From assembly GCF_044704955.1 (NCBI RefSeq), contig NC_091991.1, forward strand, positions 181,288,001 to 181,352,000: 64,000 nucleotides of DNA. Direction: 5' to 3'. This DNA is from Pristiophorus japonicus (Eukaryota). The notes beneath the pieces were generated by a model that was not told the origin of the DNA, made no database searches, and saw only the letters and a program-made list of their open reading frames with translations. Position 1 is the first letter of the stretch; the number at the start of each line of letters is the position of its first letter. Position numbers and translations under genes: made by a program. Positions 12,901 to 38,820 of this stretch are shown piece after piece.

Positions 12901-15900
12901 TTGGTTCGTTAAAGAAGGGCATTTCTGATTTTTATTTTAAAAACTGTCTTATTGCTTATTTATTGAAGGTAAAACCACAAAAAAAAAAATCAACCTTTAC
13001 TTAAGGGGCAAGTACTTGGGGAAGTAATTAAATGACAATAATGCACGGGTTTAACTCCTCAAATGACACCATGAAGCTGCTCAATTGTAGATCATTGCAT
13101 TCTTTCTGATCTTACTCCCCAGCCCCGTACATTACAACAGTGACTTAGCTTCAAAAATTACTTCCATTGGCCGTGAAGGGCTTTGGGGCATCCTGAGGTT
13201 ATGAAAGGCGCAGTCAAAATGCAAGTTTTTTTTCTTTCCTTATCCTAAATAAAAACAAATGTGCTTTACCCACCCGTAACAGTTATGTTAGCACTCAGAA
13301 TTAATCAATCATGAGTCATGATCCAGTCAAATCTATTAAAATCCAACAATACTCAGTGCTCACCTTTCGAGAGCCTCACCCTCCTCCTGGGCTGAGAGAC
13401 CTGCGACCGAGTGTCCTCTCTGTCTGAGTCAATCCACAATGGAAACAGCGGACTTGTACCACTCTTCCTCAATGAGATGTCTAGAAAGGGATCTTGCTGA
13501 GTCTCTGGGACCATTTCCTGGCCGTCAGCATCACCGTTTAAGCCCAAGTGATGCTCCGGCACACTCGATACAGACTCCCGTTGTGCTGATGACAGATCAT
13601 TCGTGTCCTCTTTGAAAGGCCTTACTAACACATCATTGGTCTGGCTTTTGTTAGAGTTCTGTAGTGGTTCCACAATGTGTTTAAGTTTATTCTGAGATGG
13701 GTTGGAACGCTTGATATTAAAGTTGGTAATGCTTGAAAATTCATGAGCATTCGAGTTATTTACATTATTTCCACACAATTCATTAGTGTTGGGCATTGGC
13801 TGACAAATGTTACTCTCATTCTCCTCGCCCGCTTTCTCACTCCGAACATTGGAAGTGTCAGCAGGTTGAACATCATCAGGAATTCTGTGGCCGTTCAAAG
13901 TCCTCTCTGCAAGCTCTTGATCTTTAAACACCTCAGCGTCAGTGAGCTGGGATTTTATCGATCCTCTGCCTCTTTTTCTACCGTTCCCTCGGTTTGATTT
14001 AATACTCTGAGAATCAACAGCAACATTCCTGGGGTCCTGTGAATCGCGCTGTGAGGAGGCTGCGACATCATCCTCCTGACTGTTAAACAGCAGTAACGTG
14101 TTGCTGACCTCGGCCTCAGCCTTGGGGGAGCCGGTTACAGGACTGCTTTGGCTAGATGTGGACTTCCTTGACTTTCCCCTGCCGCCATTTCTGGACTTTC
14201 CCAATTGGCTGTAAATCACTGCGTCCAGATCCACCTGTCGTTGGCAGCTGGTCATGCGGCGCGTTGTCCGCACGTAGTACTCAACAGGGAAGATAAGTCC
14301 CTCAACAAGGGTACAAGAGTTCAGCGGGTTATCTTCTGAAACTTCGCGTGCAGCAGTACCCGTCTGTGGCTGACCTGGTTCCAACGCTGCCGCCTCACTT
14401 CTAAGGCTGCTCTCGGTGTGTTCCTCGGAGCAGTTTGGCTTTGCTTGCTGCGGCCAGGTACCTTCGGTCAGCACCTCTGGGTCCCTTGAAATGAAAGCTT
14501 CATTTTCGCACACAGACACTGCTGAAGACTTGTCCCCGGGACTGCAGCATGCAGCGTCATTCACAGCTCTGCCCACGGGCGCTGTCACACAATCACCTTC
14601 CACTGCCTCTGCGCCACTCTTTAATAACGCAAAGCCTTCTTCATCTCGAGTTAAACCATCGGACGCTTTGTGCCATAAATTCCTCTTTACATCTTGACCG
14701 AGTGACTCAGAGACGTTGCTGTCCCTGCTAAAGACGGAAGATGCTGCATTCTCTTCATTAACTGCTGCATCCAGTTCTCCTATTTCTCGAGCGCAGGGCT
14801 CTCCATCACCAGCCAGAGATTCATTCACCTCACTGGCTGTTTCACACACCCCATTTCTCAGTACTTCACACAACCTCTTTTTCTTCAGTTTCAGACGACT
14901 CTGAACTCGACGGTCTGTCTGTGTGACGGGGCCCGTTTCCACAGCTGGGGATGCAGAGGGTTCTGCTGAAGGGTCTTCAGCACTTTCACATGTGCTGGTC
15001 AAAGCCACTTTTGTGATGACGTCTAGGATTTCCGGCTCAAGATTAAAGGTCACCGCTGATTTTTTCACCTTTCTTTCTTCTGCCGGGACTTGGCTTCTCT
15101 GATGTGAAAAGCTTGACTGATGTGTATCCAAACTTAGTGAGGTCTCACCTTCTTAAAAAGGAGATTCAAGAAACACACATTATGCCCCGAATTTCTTTAC
15201 CTCAGGAGAGGAGAAAGCGAAAGAAGCAGAGACAGATACATAATCTGAATATAAAGGGGAAGTGGCCTTAAAAAGTATTTATTGATTGAAAACATTCGTG
15301 TAGCAAATGTAAATTAGCTGGGAGATGGAACAGGCTCAACATAAGAAATAGGAGCAGGAGTAGGCCATTTGGCCCCCTGCTCCGCCATTTAATAAGATTA
15401 CGGCTGATCTGATCATGGTCTCAGCTCCACTTCTCTGCCCGCCCCCCATAACCCATTATTCCCTTATCACTCAAAAATCTGTCCATCTCCGCCTTAAATA
15501 TATTCAATGACCCAGCCTCCACAGCTCTCTGGGGTAGAGAATTCCAGATTTACAACCCTCAGAGAAGAAATTTCTCTCGTTTCAGTTTTAAATGGGTGGC
15601 CCTTATTCTGAGACTATGTCCCCTAGTTTTAGTTTCCCCTACGAGTGAAAATATCCTCTCTGCATCCACCTTGTCGAGCCCCCTCATTATTTTATGTTTC
15701 GATAAGATCACTTCTCATTCTTCTGAACTCCAATGTGTATAGGCCCAACCTACTCAACCTGTCTTCATAAGTCAACCCACTCACCTCCGGAATCAACCTA
15801 GTGGACCTTCTCTGAACAGCCTCCAATGCAAGTATATCCTTCCTTAAATACAGAGACCAAAACTGTATGCAGTACTCCAGGTGTGGCCTCAGTTGTAGCA

Positions 15901-18900
15901 GGACTTCTCCGCTTTTATACTCTATCCCCCTTGAAATAAAGGCCAACATTCCATTTGCCTTCCTGATCACCTGCTGTACTTGCATACTATTTGTGTTTCA
16001 TACACAAGGACCCCCAGGTCCCTCTGTATTGCAGCACTTTGCAATTTTTCTCCATTTAAATTATAATTTGCTTTTCTATTTTTTCTGCCAAAGTGGATAA
16101 CCTCACATTTTCCCACATTATACTCCATCTGTCAAATTTTTGCCCACTCACTTAGCTTGTCTTTATCCCTTTGCAGATTGTTGTTGAGGCCAGTTCGTTA
16201 GATACATTCAAAAGGGAATTAGATGTGGCCCTTACGGCTAAAGGGATCAAGGGGTATGGAGAAAAAGCAGGAATGGCGCACTGAAGTTGCATGATCAGCC
16301 ATGATCATATTGAATGGTGGTGCAGGCTCGAAGGGCCGAATGGCCTACTCCTGCACCTATTTTCTATGTTTTCTCACAATTTGTTTTCCCACCCATCTTT
16401 GTATCATCAAGGGGCTGTATGACTTCCCCCTGTTCCTAATCAGCATGGAGGCCAGTTAAAGGCAGAGATGGCAAGCGAAGGCGCCTCATGCATACGCCAG
16501 TGCCGATTGCAGAACCACACTGGGGTCTGTGGAGGAACAGGTCAACTCCCCATTGTCACTTGCCCGGAGTGCACAGGTAGCTCAGTAACACGTGCCTTTA
16601 CAGTTTCCACTCCCGATGAGAAAGCTCATCACCATGATGAGAAAAGTTCTTCACTGAGACCGCTGTGATCGAGAAGAAGTCAACTAAAAGACACAATCCA
16701 TGCTAAAGTTGAAATCGTTTTTCTGAAAACCTACCAGCTGTCAGTTGGGTCATGCTCTGCTCTTCCAGCAGCTGGTTCTGATGTTCGATGGTTTTTTTAA
16801 CATGATTCCGCACCCGCTCAGCTTTCTGTGCACGCTAGTGGCAGAAAATAAGAGATAAATACCACACTAGCGAACATAAATTCAGTGAGATAAGCCTCAA
16901 TTATGGGTTCAAGTCCTATAGTCAAGTTCTGACTCAGAAGCAAGTGTCATATCAATCGAGCTAAGCTGATATTTAAGCGCAGTTTGGTAAAACAATCAAC
17001 GTCTTCCTGTATGCACAGGGATACAGCTAGAGCTTGACCAGCTAAAACCACACAGAATAACTCAATAGAATTCCTGACCCATGTCCGAGTGTGTCACACT
17101 GTCTGAAGTGGTATATATAGTATATGCAAGCACTCTAATAATGACTCCACGAGGTAAGGGTATAGTACTTGAACTGTAGTGACCTTAGTCCGTTTATTGC
17201 AGCTCCTTGAGTTTGGACACCAAGAGGTGAGCTCCCTTTTATACTTGGTTACCTGCAGTGTACAGGTGACCCTTAGGTCTCCACCAGTAGCATCCTCTGG
17301 TGGTACAGGTATGGTGTATACAGTGTGAAGGTACATTCAGTGGTCTAGTGTTACATTACATACATTAACATACAGAACAGTACATACTAATCAAATATCA
17401 ACACATCACAGCGGATGGATTTCTCTTCCCCATCCACCCTGACAGAAAAGCATTTCACCACCAAAATAGTAAAGATCGCAGAAAATGTTAGAAATATATA
17501 GCAGGTATAATCTAGGCTGATACTTCAGTGCAGTACTGAGGGAGTGCTGTCCCATTGAAGTGCCATCTTTTCAACGGGTCATTAAACCGAGGCCCCGTCT
17601 GTCTGTACGGGTGGACGTAAAAGGTCCCATGGCACTATGGAAGAGGAGTAGGGGAGCTCTTCTGTGCTGGCAAACATTCCTCCCCCAGCCAACATCAAAA
17701 ACAGATTATCTACTTAGTCATCTCACGTTGTTTGTGCGACCTTGCTGTGCACAAATTGGCTGCCATGCCTGCCTATAATCAGTGACTGCACTCCAAATGA
17801 CAGGAGTAGGACCAGTCAGAAGGAAGGACACACACCCGAAACATTAAGCTCTCAGCCCATGCCAATGCTGACTGAACTGCTGTGCATTTTCACCTCCGAT
17901 TTTTATTTCAGGTTTCTATCACCACTATTATGATTATAAAGTACATAAGAAACAGGAGCAGGAGTAGGCCATTTGGTCCCTTGAGCCCGCTCCGCCATTC
18001 AATAAGATCATGGCCGATCTGATCATGGATTCAGCTCCACTTAACCCTTTACTCCCTGATTGCTCAAAAATCTGTCTCTATCTCCACCTTAAATATATTC
18101 AATGACCCAGCCTCCACAGCTCTCTGGGGCAGAGAATTCCATAGATTTACAACCCTCAGAGAAGGAATTCTTCCTCATCTCAGTTTTAAATCGGCGGTCC
18201 CTTATTCTGAGACTATGTCCCCTAGTTTTAGTTTCCCCCATGAGTGGAACGATCCTCTCTATATCTACCTTGTCAAGCCCCTTCATTGGCTGTAACACAC
18301 TTTGGAACATCCTGAGGTTGTGAATGTTGCTATAGAAATATAAATCTTTCTTTTTTTATAAATTTTTTTTTTAACAAAGAACACTTGCTTCTCTGCCAAC
18401 AACTTATATTTATATAGCACTTATAATGTAATATAACGTCCCAACGCGCTTCACAGGAGTGTTATAAAAAAAATTTACACCCAGCCACACAAGGAGATAT
18501 ATTAAGGCAGATGACCAAAATCTTGGTAAGAAGAGGTGGGTTTTACGGAGTGTCTTAAAGGAGGAAAGAGAGGCAGAGAGGTTTAGGGAGGGAATTCTAG
18601 AGCCTCAAGGTCCGGCCATCAATGATGGAGCATTTAAAATCGGGGATGTTCAAATGTCAGAATAGGCGGAGCACTGAGAACGAGATTATAGGGTTTGGGC
18701 GATTACATAGATAACATAGGAATTGCTAGATGAAAAAAGAACAAGGCCCTTCCAATTCAACATCAGTGTCAGCTGTGGCTCAGTGGGCAGCACCCTAGCC
18801 TGAGTCAGGATGTCGTGGGTTCAAGACCCACTCCAGAGACTTGAGCAAAAAAATCCAGGCTGACACTCCAGTGCGGTACTGAGGGAGCGATGCACTGTCG

Positions 18901-20423
18901 GAGGGGCAGTACTGAGGGAGTGCCGCACTGTCGGAGGGGCAGTACTGAGGGAGTGCCGCACTGTCGGAGGGGCAGTACTGAAGGAGCGCCGCACTGTCGG
19001 AGGGGCAGTACTGAGGGAGCCCCGCACTGTCGGAGGGGCTGTACTGAGGGAGCGATGCACTGTCGGAGGGGCAGTACTGAGGGAGTGCCGCACTGTCGGA
19101 GGGGCGGTACTGAGGGAGCGCCGCACTGTCGGAGGGGCAGTACTGAGGGAGTGCCGCACTGTCGGAGGGGCAGTACTGAAGGAGCGCCGCACTGTCGGAG
19201 GGGCAGTACTGAGGGAGCCCCGCACTGTCGGAGGGGCTGTACTGAGGGAGCGATGCACTGTCAGAGGGGCAGTACTGAGGGAGTGCCGCACTGTCGGAGG
19301 GGCAGTAGTGAGGGAGTGCCGCACTGTCGGAGGGGCTGTACTGAGGGAGCGATGCACTGTCAGAGGGGCAGTACTGAGGGAGTGCCGCACTGTCGGAGGG
19401 GCAGTACTGAGGGAGCGCCGCACTGTCGGAGGGGCAGTACTGAGGGAGCGCCGCACTGTCGGAGGGGCAGTACTGAGGGAGCGCCGCACTGTCGGAGGGG
19501 CAGTACTGAGGGAGTGCCGCACTGTCGGAGGGGCAGTTTTGAGATAGCGCCGCACTGTCGGAGGGGCAGTACTGAGGGAGCGCCGCACTGTCGGAGGGGC
19601 GGTACTGAGGGAGTGCCGCACTGTCGGAGGGGCGGTACTGAGGGAGTGCCGCACTGTCGGAGGGGCGGTACTGAGGGAGCGCCGCACTGTCGGAGGGGCG
19701 GTACTGAGGGAGCGATGCACTGTCAGAGGGGCAGTACTGAGGGAGTGCCGCACTGTCGGAGGGGCAGTACTGAGGGAGCGCCGCACTGTCGGAGGGGCAG
19801 TACTGAGGGAGTGCCGCACTGTCGGAGGGGCAGTTTTGAGATAGCGCCGCACTGTCGGAGGGGCAGTACTGAGGGAGCGCCGCACTGTCGGAGGGGCAGC
19901 ACTGAGGGAGTGCTGCACTGTCGGAGGGGCACAACTGAGGGAGTGCCGCACTGTCGGAGGGGCAGTGCTGAGGGAGTGCCGCACTGTCGGAGGGGCAGCA
20001 CTGAGGGAGTGCCGCACTGTCGGAGGGGCAGTGCTGAGGGAGTGCCGCACTGTCGGAGGGGCAGTGCTGAGGGAGTGCCGCACTGTCGGAGGGGCAGTGC
20101 TGAGGGAGCGCCGCACTGTCGGAGGGTCAGTGCTGAGGGAGCGCCGCACTGTCGGAGGGGCAGTTTTGAGATAGCGCCGCACTGTCGGAGGGGCCGTGTT
20201 TTGGATGAGACGTTGTGTGGTACAAGGGGACATTTACCTGTAATTTATACACTGTCTTTGCATATTCTTTCTTCAGCAGGGCCAACCTTTCTTTGAGCTG
20301 TGGATGAAATAAAGAAGGAATGAACTGAGCCCGTGTGGTTTGTGGTGAGAGCGGCCAGTGTCGGCTCTGCTTTACCTGCTCCCTCGCCTGCCAGCTCAGG
20401 TGCTTTCTCGCACTGTCCTCCAT
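870..20423 (-). CDS. PALB2: Partner and localizer of BRCA2 (PALB2), gene span, 3'-truncated by window edge; coding exons 20376-20423, 20238-20297, 16735-16834, 13364-15151, 11779-12135, 9620-10185, 8950-9027, 7766-7927, 6127-6212, 4432-4590, 3498-3614, 870-957
   Basis: Spliced translation has the N-terminal coiled coil ([26 protein letters not shown]), ChAM motif ([22 protein letters not shown]), MRG15-binding FxLP ([10 protein letters not shown]) and WD40 segments ([13 protein letters not shown]). All junctions are GT-AG and phase-consistent. Exon sizes 48/60/162/86/117/88 match the human exon sizes as recalled; head-to-head synteny with DCTN5. Confidence 0.96.
2296..2900 (+). mobile_element. 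CR1-type LINE 3' fragment
   Basis: ORF2 C-terminal peptide [10 protein letters not shown]...[16 protein letters not shown]; tail (TATGTTCT)n. Confidence 0.85.
3498..3614 (-). CDS. PALB2: PALB2 WD40 exon, human exon 10 equivalent ([33 protein letters not shown])
   Basis: 117 nt, GGTTAG|GAG and CTG|GTGAGT. Confidence 0.93.
3917..4292 (+). mobile_element. 5'-truncated SacSINE-like SINE with 2 copies of the 33-bp unit
   Basis: Same core and tail as 35996-36455. Confidence 0.78.
4432..4590 (-). CDS. PALB2: PALB2 WD40 exon, human exon 9 equivalent ([25 protein letters not shown])
   Basis: 159 nt, TTTTCAG|AGT and AAG|GTCAGA; human [25 protein letters not shown]. Confidence 0.92.
4883..5172 (+). 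repeat. 67-68-bp satellite (TAGATACAGAGTAAAGCTCCCTCTACACTGTCCCATCAAACACTCCCAGGGCAGGTACAGCACGGGGT), about 4.3 copies
   Basis: Unit starts at 4883, 4950, 5018, 5086, 5154. Confidence 0.93.
6127..6212 (-). CDS. PALB2: PALB2 WD40 exon, human exon 8 equivalent ([28 protein letters not shown])
   Basis: 86 nt, CTTGCAG|GTT and GAA|GTAAGG; human [28 protein letters not shown]. Confidence 0.93.
6525..6890 (+). mobile_element. CR1-type LINE 3' fragment
   Basis: Same family 3' end as 2296-2900. Confidence 0.85.
7766..7927 (-). CDS. PALB2: PALB2 WD40 exon, human exon 7 equivalent ([10 protein letters not shown]...HTWAFDK)
   Basis: 162 nt, TTTGTAG|AAT and AAG|GTAAGG. Confidence 0.93.
8003..8505 (-). mobile_element. 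CR1-type LINE 3' fragment
   Basis: Starts ACATAAGAACATAAGAAATAGGAGCAGG (reverse-complement tail). Confidence 0.85.
8950..9027 (-). CDS. PALB2: PALB2 exon equivalent to human exon 6 ([26 protein letters not shown])
   Basis: Acceptor TTTTTTACAG|AAG, donor CAG|GTTAGT; LQLTSKIQ resembles human LQLVSELK. Confidence 0.85.
9620..10185 (-). CDS. PALB2: PALB2 exon 5b ([10 protein letters not shown]...[11 protein letters not shown])
   Basis: Acceptor TTCTTCCCCCAG|AAA, donor GAG|GTAAGA, phase 1-0; matches human LSSSILLYTP and SPAFPILGTTP. Confidence 0.9.
10765..11340 (-). mobile_element. Older CR1-type LINE fragment
   Basis: ORF 10874-11311 [10 protein letters not shown]...[16 protein letters not shown]. 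Confidence 0.75.
11779..12135 (-). CDS. PALB2: PALB2 exon 5a, MRG15-binding region I ([20 protein letters not shown])
   Basis: Acceptor CCCAATAG|GT, donor AAA|GTAAGA, phase 1-1; matches human ITDFQLPDEDFGPLK. Confidence 0.9.
12355..12690 (-). mobile_element. Retroposon 3' fragment with (ATG)n tail, possibly RTE-like; second copy at ~40950-41122 (+)
   Basis: Two dispersed similar copies in opposite orientation ending in ATGATGATG; family assignment uncertain. Confidence 0.5.
13364..15151 (-). CDS. PALB2: PALB2 large exon 4 incl. chromatin-association motif (ChAM, ~14200-14320)
   Basis: 1788-nt open exon (592-aa ORF in track), acceptor TTTTTAAG|AAG, donor AAG|GTGAGC; [17 protein letters not shown] motif. 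Confidence 0.95.
15338..16410 (-). mobile_element. CR1-type LINE fragment interrupted by an opposite-strand LINE 3' end (approx. 16178-16370)
   Basis: ORF 15692-15985 [12 protein letters not shown]; reverse LINE sequence resumes after 16370. Confidence 0.8.
16735..16834 (-). CDS. PALB2: PALB2 exon 3 ([33 protein letters not shown])
   Basis: Acceptor CACTAG|CGT, donor CTG|GTAGGT; similar to human RAQRAEKIKHSIKKTVEEQ. Confidence 0.9.
17105..17385. mobile_element. Probable solo LTR related to 48425-48724
   Basis: Shared blocks AATGACTCCACG, AACTGTAGTGACCTT, CTCCCTTTTATAC, CTCCACCAGT; ends approximate. Confidence 0.55.
17944..18285 (-). mobile_element. CR1-type LINE 3' fragment
   Basis: Reverse-complement tail and ORF2 end. 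Confidence 0.8.
18765..20214 (+). mobile_element. tRNA-derived DeuSINE/SacSINE-like element whose body has expanded into a 33-bp minisatellite
   Basis: A box TGGCTCAGTGG 18776, B box GGTTCAAGACC 18818, then the array, then SINE continuation GGATGAGACGTT. Confidence 0.8.
18875..20194 (+). repeat. 33-bp minisatellite (CAGTACTGAGGGAGTGCCGCACTGTCGGAGGGG) about 40 copies, PALB2 intron 2
   Basis: Tandem repeat visible directly; 11-aa periodic ORFs. Confidence 0.95.
20238..20297 (-). CDS. PALB2: PALB2 exon 2, coiled coil ([20 protein letters not shown])
   Basis: Acceptor CCACAG|CTC, donor CAG|GTAAAT; L21, L24, Y28, L35 of the BRCA1-binding coil conserved. Confidence 0.95.
20376..20423 (-). CDS. 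PALB2: PALB2 coding exon 1 ([16 protein letters not shown])
   Basis: ATG at 20423, donor CAG|GTAAAG, 48 nt. Confidence 0.9.
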
Positions 20424-20854
20424 CGAGAGCCGAGGAAGAGGCGGCCAGGCCACCAGCGCCTCACACCAGGCCCAGGCCAAAGCCTGAACCGCGAGGCCGC
20501 CTGAGTAAGCGGCCGGCAATCGCCCCGCCAATTCCGACCAATCAGAACCGTCGCTCACCGCCGCCCCCGGCCCCTCCCTCAGCCCATTGGAGGAACGGCG
20601 GGTGGGCGGGACCGCGCCACGCCATTGGTCAACCGACACGTCAATCATTAGAGTTCCCCCTCGTACACATTTTAATTAATTTTGAGATTTATATTTTTCA
20701 ATCTCTGGGCCGGAGGGACGAGGAAAGGGAACACCGCGGGGCGTTTTGTTTTTGTTAAGATCTTTCTGGGTTCTGTGCCGGAAGTGCGTGCTATGTTTCC
20801 GGGTGGGAGGTCAGCAGGGGAGCGGTCGCCCCGACAACCGAGCGAGGAGGCGCG
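20424..20854. promoter_or_regulatory. PALB2-DCTN5 bidirectional CpG-island promoter
   Basis: 431 bp between divergent ATGs, CpG-rich. CCAAT at 20528 and 20538, ATTGG at 20586 and 20624, GC/E2F-like GGCGGGA 20605-20611, ETS/GABP site CCGGAAGTG 20778-20786. Confidence 0.85.
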
Positions 20855-36628
<15,774 letters not shown>

Positions 36629-37214
36629 GACGGGCATTTCCTCCCGAGTACAGGTACGTCGAGGGGAGGGGAATGGTGAGGGCAGGGGACGGGAGTGGAG
36701 AGTAGGGGAATGGCGAGGAGGGGACCTGTGTTCGTGAAGCTCCGGCTCTCGGTGGGACATCTGGGTGTACAATGAGTGCGACACCAGAGTTCAGTATTTA
36801 AGCTCCTCTTGTTTTTCTTCAGCCCCCTCTGTGGCCTCGGCCTCGGGGGTAGATTCGAGGAGTGGCTGGTTATGCCTTCAGCTCCCCGGTGTTGTGGTGT
36901 GCTGGCTGAATCCAGCAGCTTTCAGTGTCCTCCTGATTTGCCGGCCTCTCTTCCAGCTCCTGCAGAAATGCTACATTTTTTAATCTTTCTCTTTTGGAAG
37001 GTGTTGATCTGTTCTCGTCTCCTCTAATTGCCTCAAAACAATCTGGGAATAGCTCTCCCCTGGATCGTGAAGTGGCCAGATTTAGCAGGCGTGCGGGTTA
37101 CTGTGTCGGTAACACTGTCTCCACTGGCTCAGAAGGCACTCAGACTTGAGCACAAGTCTGGGACTGGCGGTTCAGTGCTGAGGAAGCGTTACACTGTCAA
37201 GCGAAAGACGAAAG

Positions 37215-38820
37215 AGAGGAGATCTCTTTGAAACATACAAGATTCTTAAGGGGATTGACAGGGTAGATGCTGAGAGGTTGTTTTCCCCGGCTGGGGAATC
37301 GAGAACCAGGGGGCACAGTCTCCGGATAAGGGGTCGGCCATTTAAGACTGAAATGAGGAATTTCTTCACTCAGAAGGTTATCTTTTGAATTCTCTAGCTA
37401 ACATAAAAGGGAATTCAAAAATATTCTATAGGCATATAAATAGTAAACTGGTAGTAAGAGGAGGGCTGGGGCCAATTATGGACCAAAAAGGAGACCTACG
37501 CATGGAGACAGAGGGCGATTGAGGTATTAAATGATCACTTTGCATCTGTCTTCACCAAGGAAGAAGATGCTGCCTTAGACAAAGTAAAGGAGGAGGTAGT
37601 GGAGTTATTGGATGGGATAAAATTGGTAGAGAGGAGATACTAGAAAGGTTGATTGTACTTAAAGCAGATAGATCACCTGGACCGGATGGGATCCTGGGAT
37701 ATGGAAGGAAGTTGAGATGTTAATCCGTATTCTCTAGAGTTTAGAAGAATGAGAGGTGATCTCATTGAAACATACAAAATTCTTACAGGGCTTGACAGGG
37801 TAGATGCAGGGAGGATGTTTCCTTTGGCTGGGGCGTCCAGAACCAGGGGTCACAGTCTCGGGATAAGGGGTCAGCCATTTAGGACTGAGATGAGGAGAAA
37901 CTTCTTTACTCAGAGGGTGGTGAACCTGTGGAATTCTCTGCCCCAGAGGGCTGTGAAGGCTCAGTCTTTGTGTATATTCAAGACAGAGATCAATAGATTT
38001 TTCAGGGAATCAAGGGATATGGGGACAGTGCAGGAAAGGGGTACTGAGGTGAATGATCAGCCATGATTTTATTGAATGGCGGAGCAGGCTCGAGGGGCAG
38101 AATGGCCGACGACTCCTATTTCTTATGATCTTAAATCACAGAGTTACTGGCCATAATCTTCCAATCTTCCAATCCTCCTTCGATCCGGGGCTGGTGCCAG
38201 AGGACTGGAGAGTTGTAAATGTTACCCGCTTGTTCAAAAAAGGGTGTAAAGATAAACCCAGCAACTACAGGCCGGTCAGTTTAACCTCGGTAGTGGGGAA
38301 GCTTTTAGAAACTTGGATAGGGGTAGATTAATTAAGGAAAACCAGCATGGATTTGTTAAAGGCAAATCGTGTTTTTTGATGAGGTAACAGAGTGTTGATG
38401 AGGGCATAGGGTTGATGTGGGATACACGGTCTTCCAAAAGACCTTTGATAAAGTGCCACACAATAGGCTTGCTGGCAAAGTTGAAACCTATAGAATAAAA
38501 GGTACAGTGGCAGCATGGATCCAAAATTGGCTGTAGTGCTCTTGCAGAGAGCCGGCACAGGCTCGATGGGCCAAATGGCCGCCTTCTGTACTGTAACCAT
38601 TCTATGATTCCATCCCAGAGGGCTGTGGATGCTCAGTTGTTGAGTATATTCAAGGCTGAGATCGATACATTTTCGGACTCCCAGGGGAATCGAGGGATGT
38701 GGGGATCGGGCGGGAAGGTGGAGTTGAGGTCAAAGATCAGCCGTGATCTTATTGAATGGGGGGCAAGCACACAGGGCCGAATGGCCGACTCTTGCTCCTA
38801 ATTCTTATGTTCTTATGCTC
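37215..38820 (+). mobile_element. Cluster of nested CR1-type LINE fragments
   Basis: ORF2 peptides [27 protein letters not shown]; several 3' tails. Confidence 0.8.

Noticed and set aside
18795-20296. Long Cys/His-periodic ORFs (379-470 aa) on both strands
   Set aside because: By-product of a 33-bp (3n) SINE-derived minisatellite inside a PALB2 intron; open in several frames on both strands, with no gene structure.
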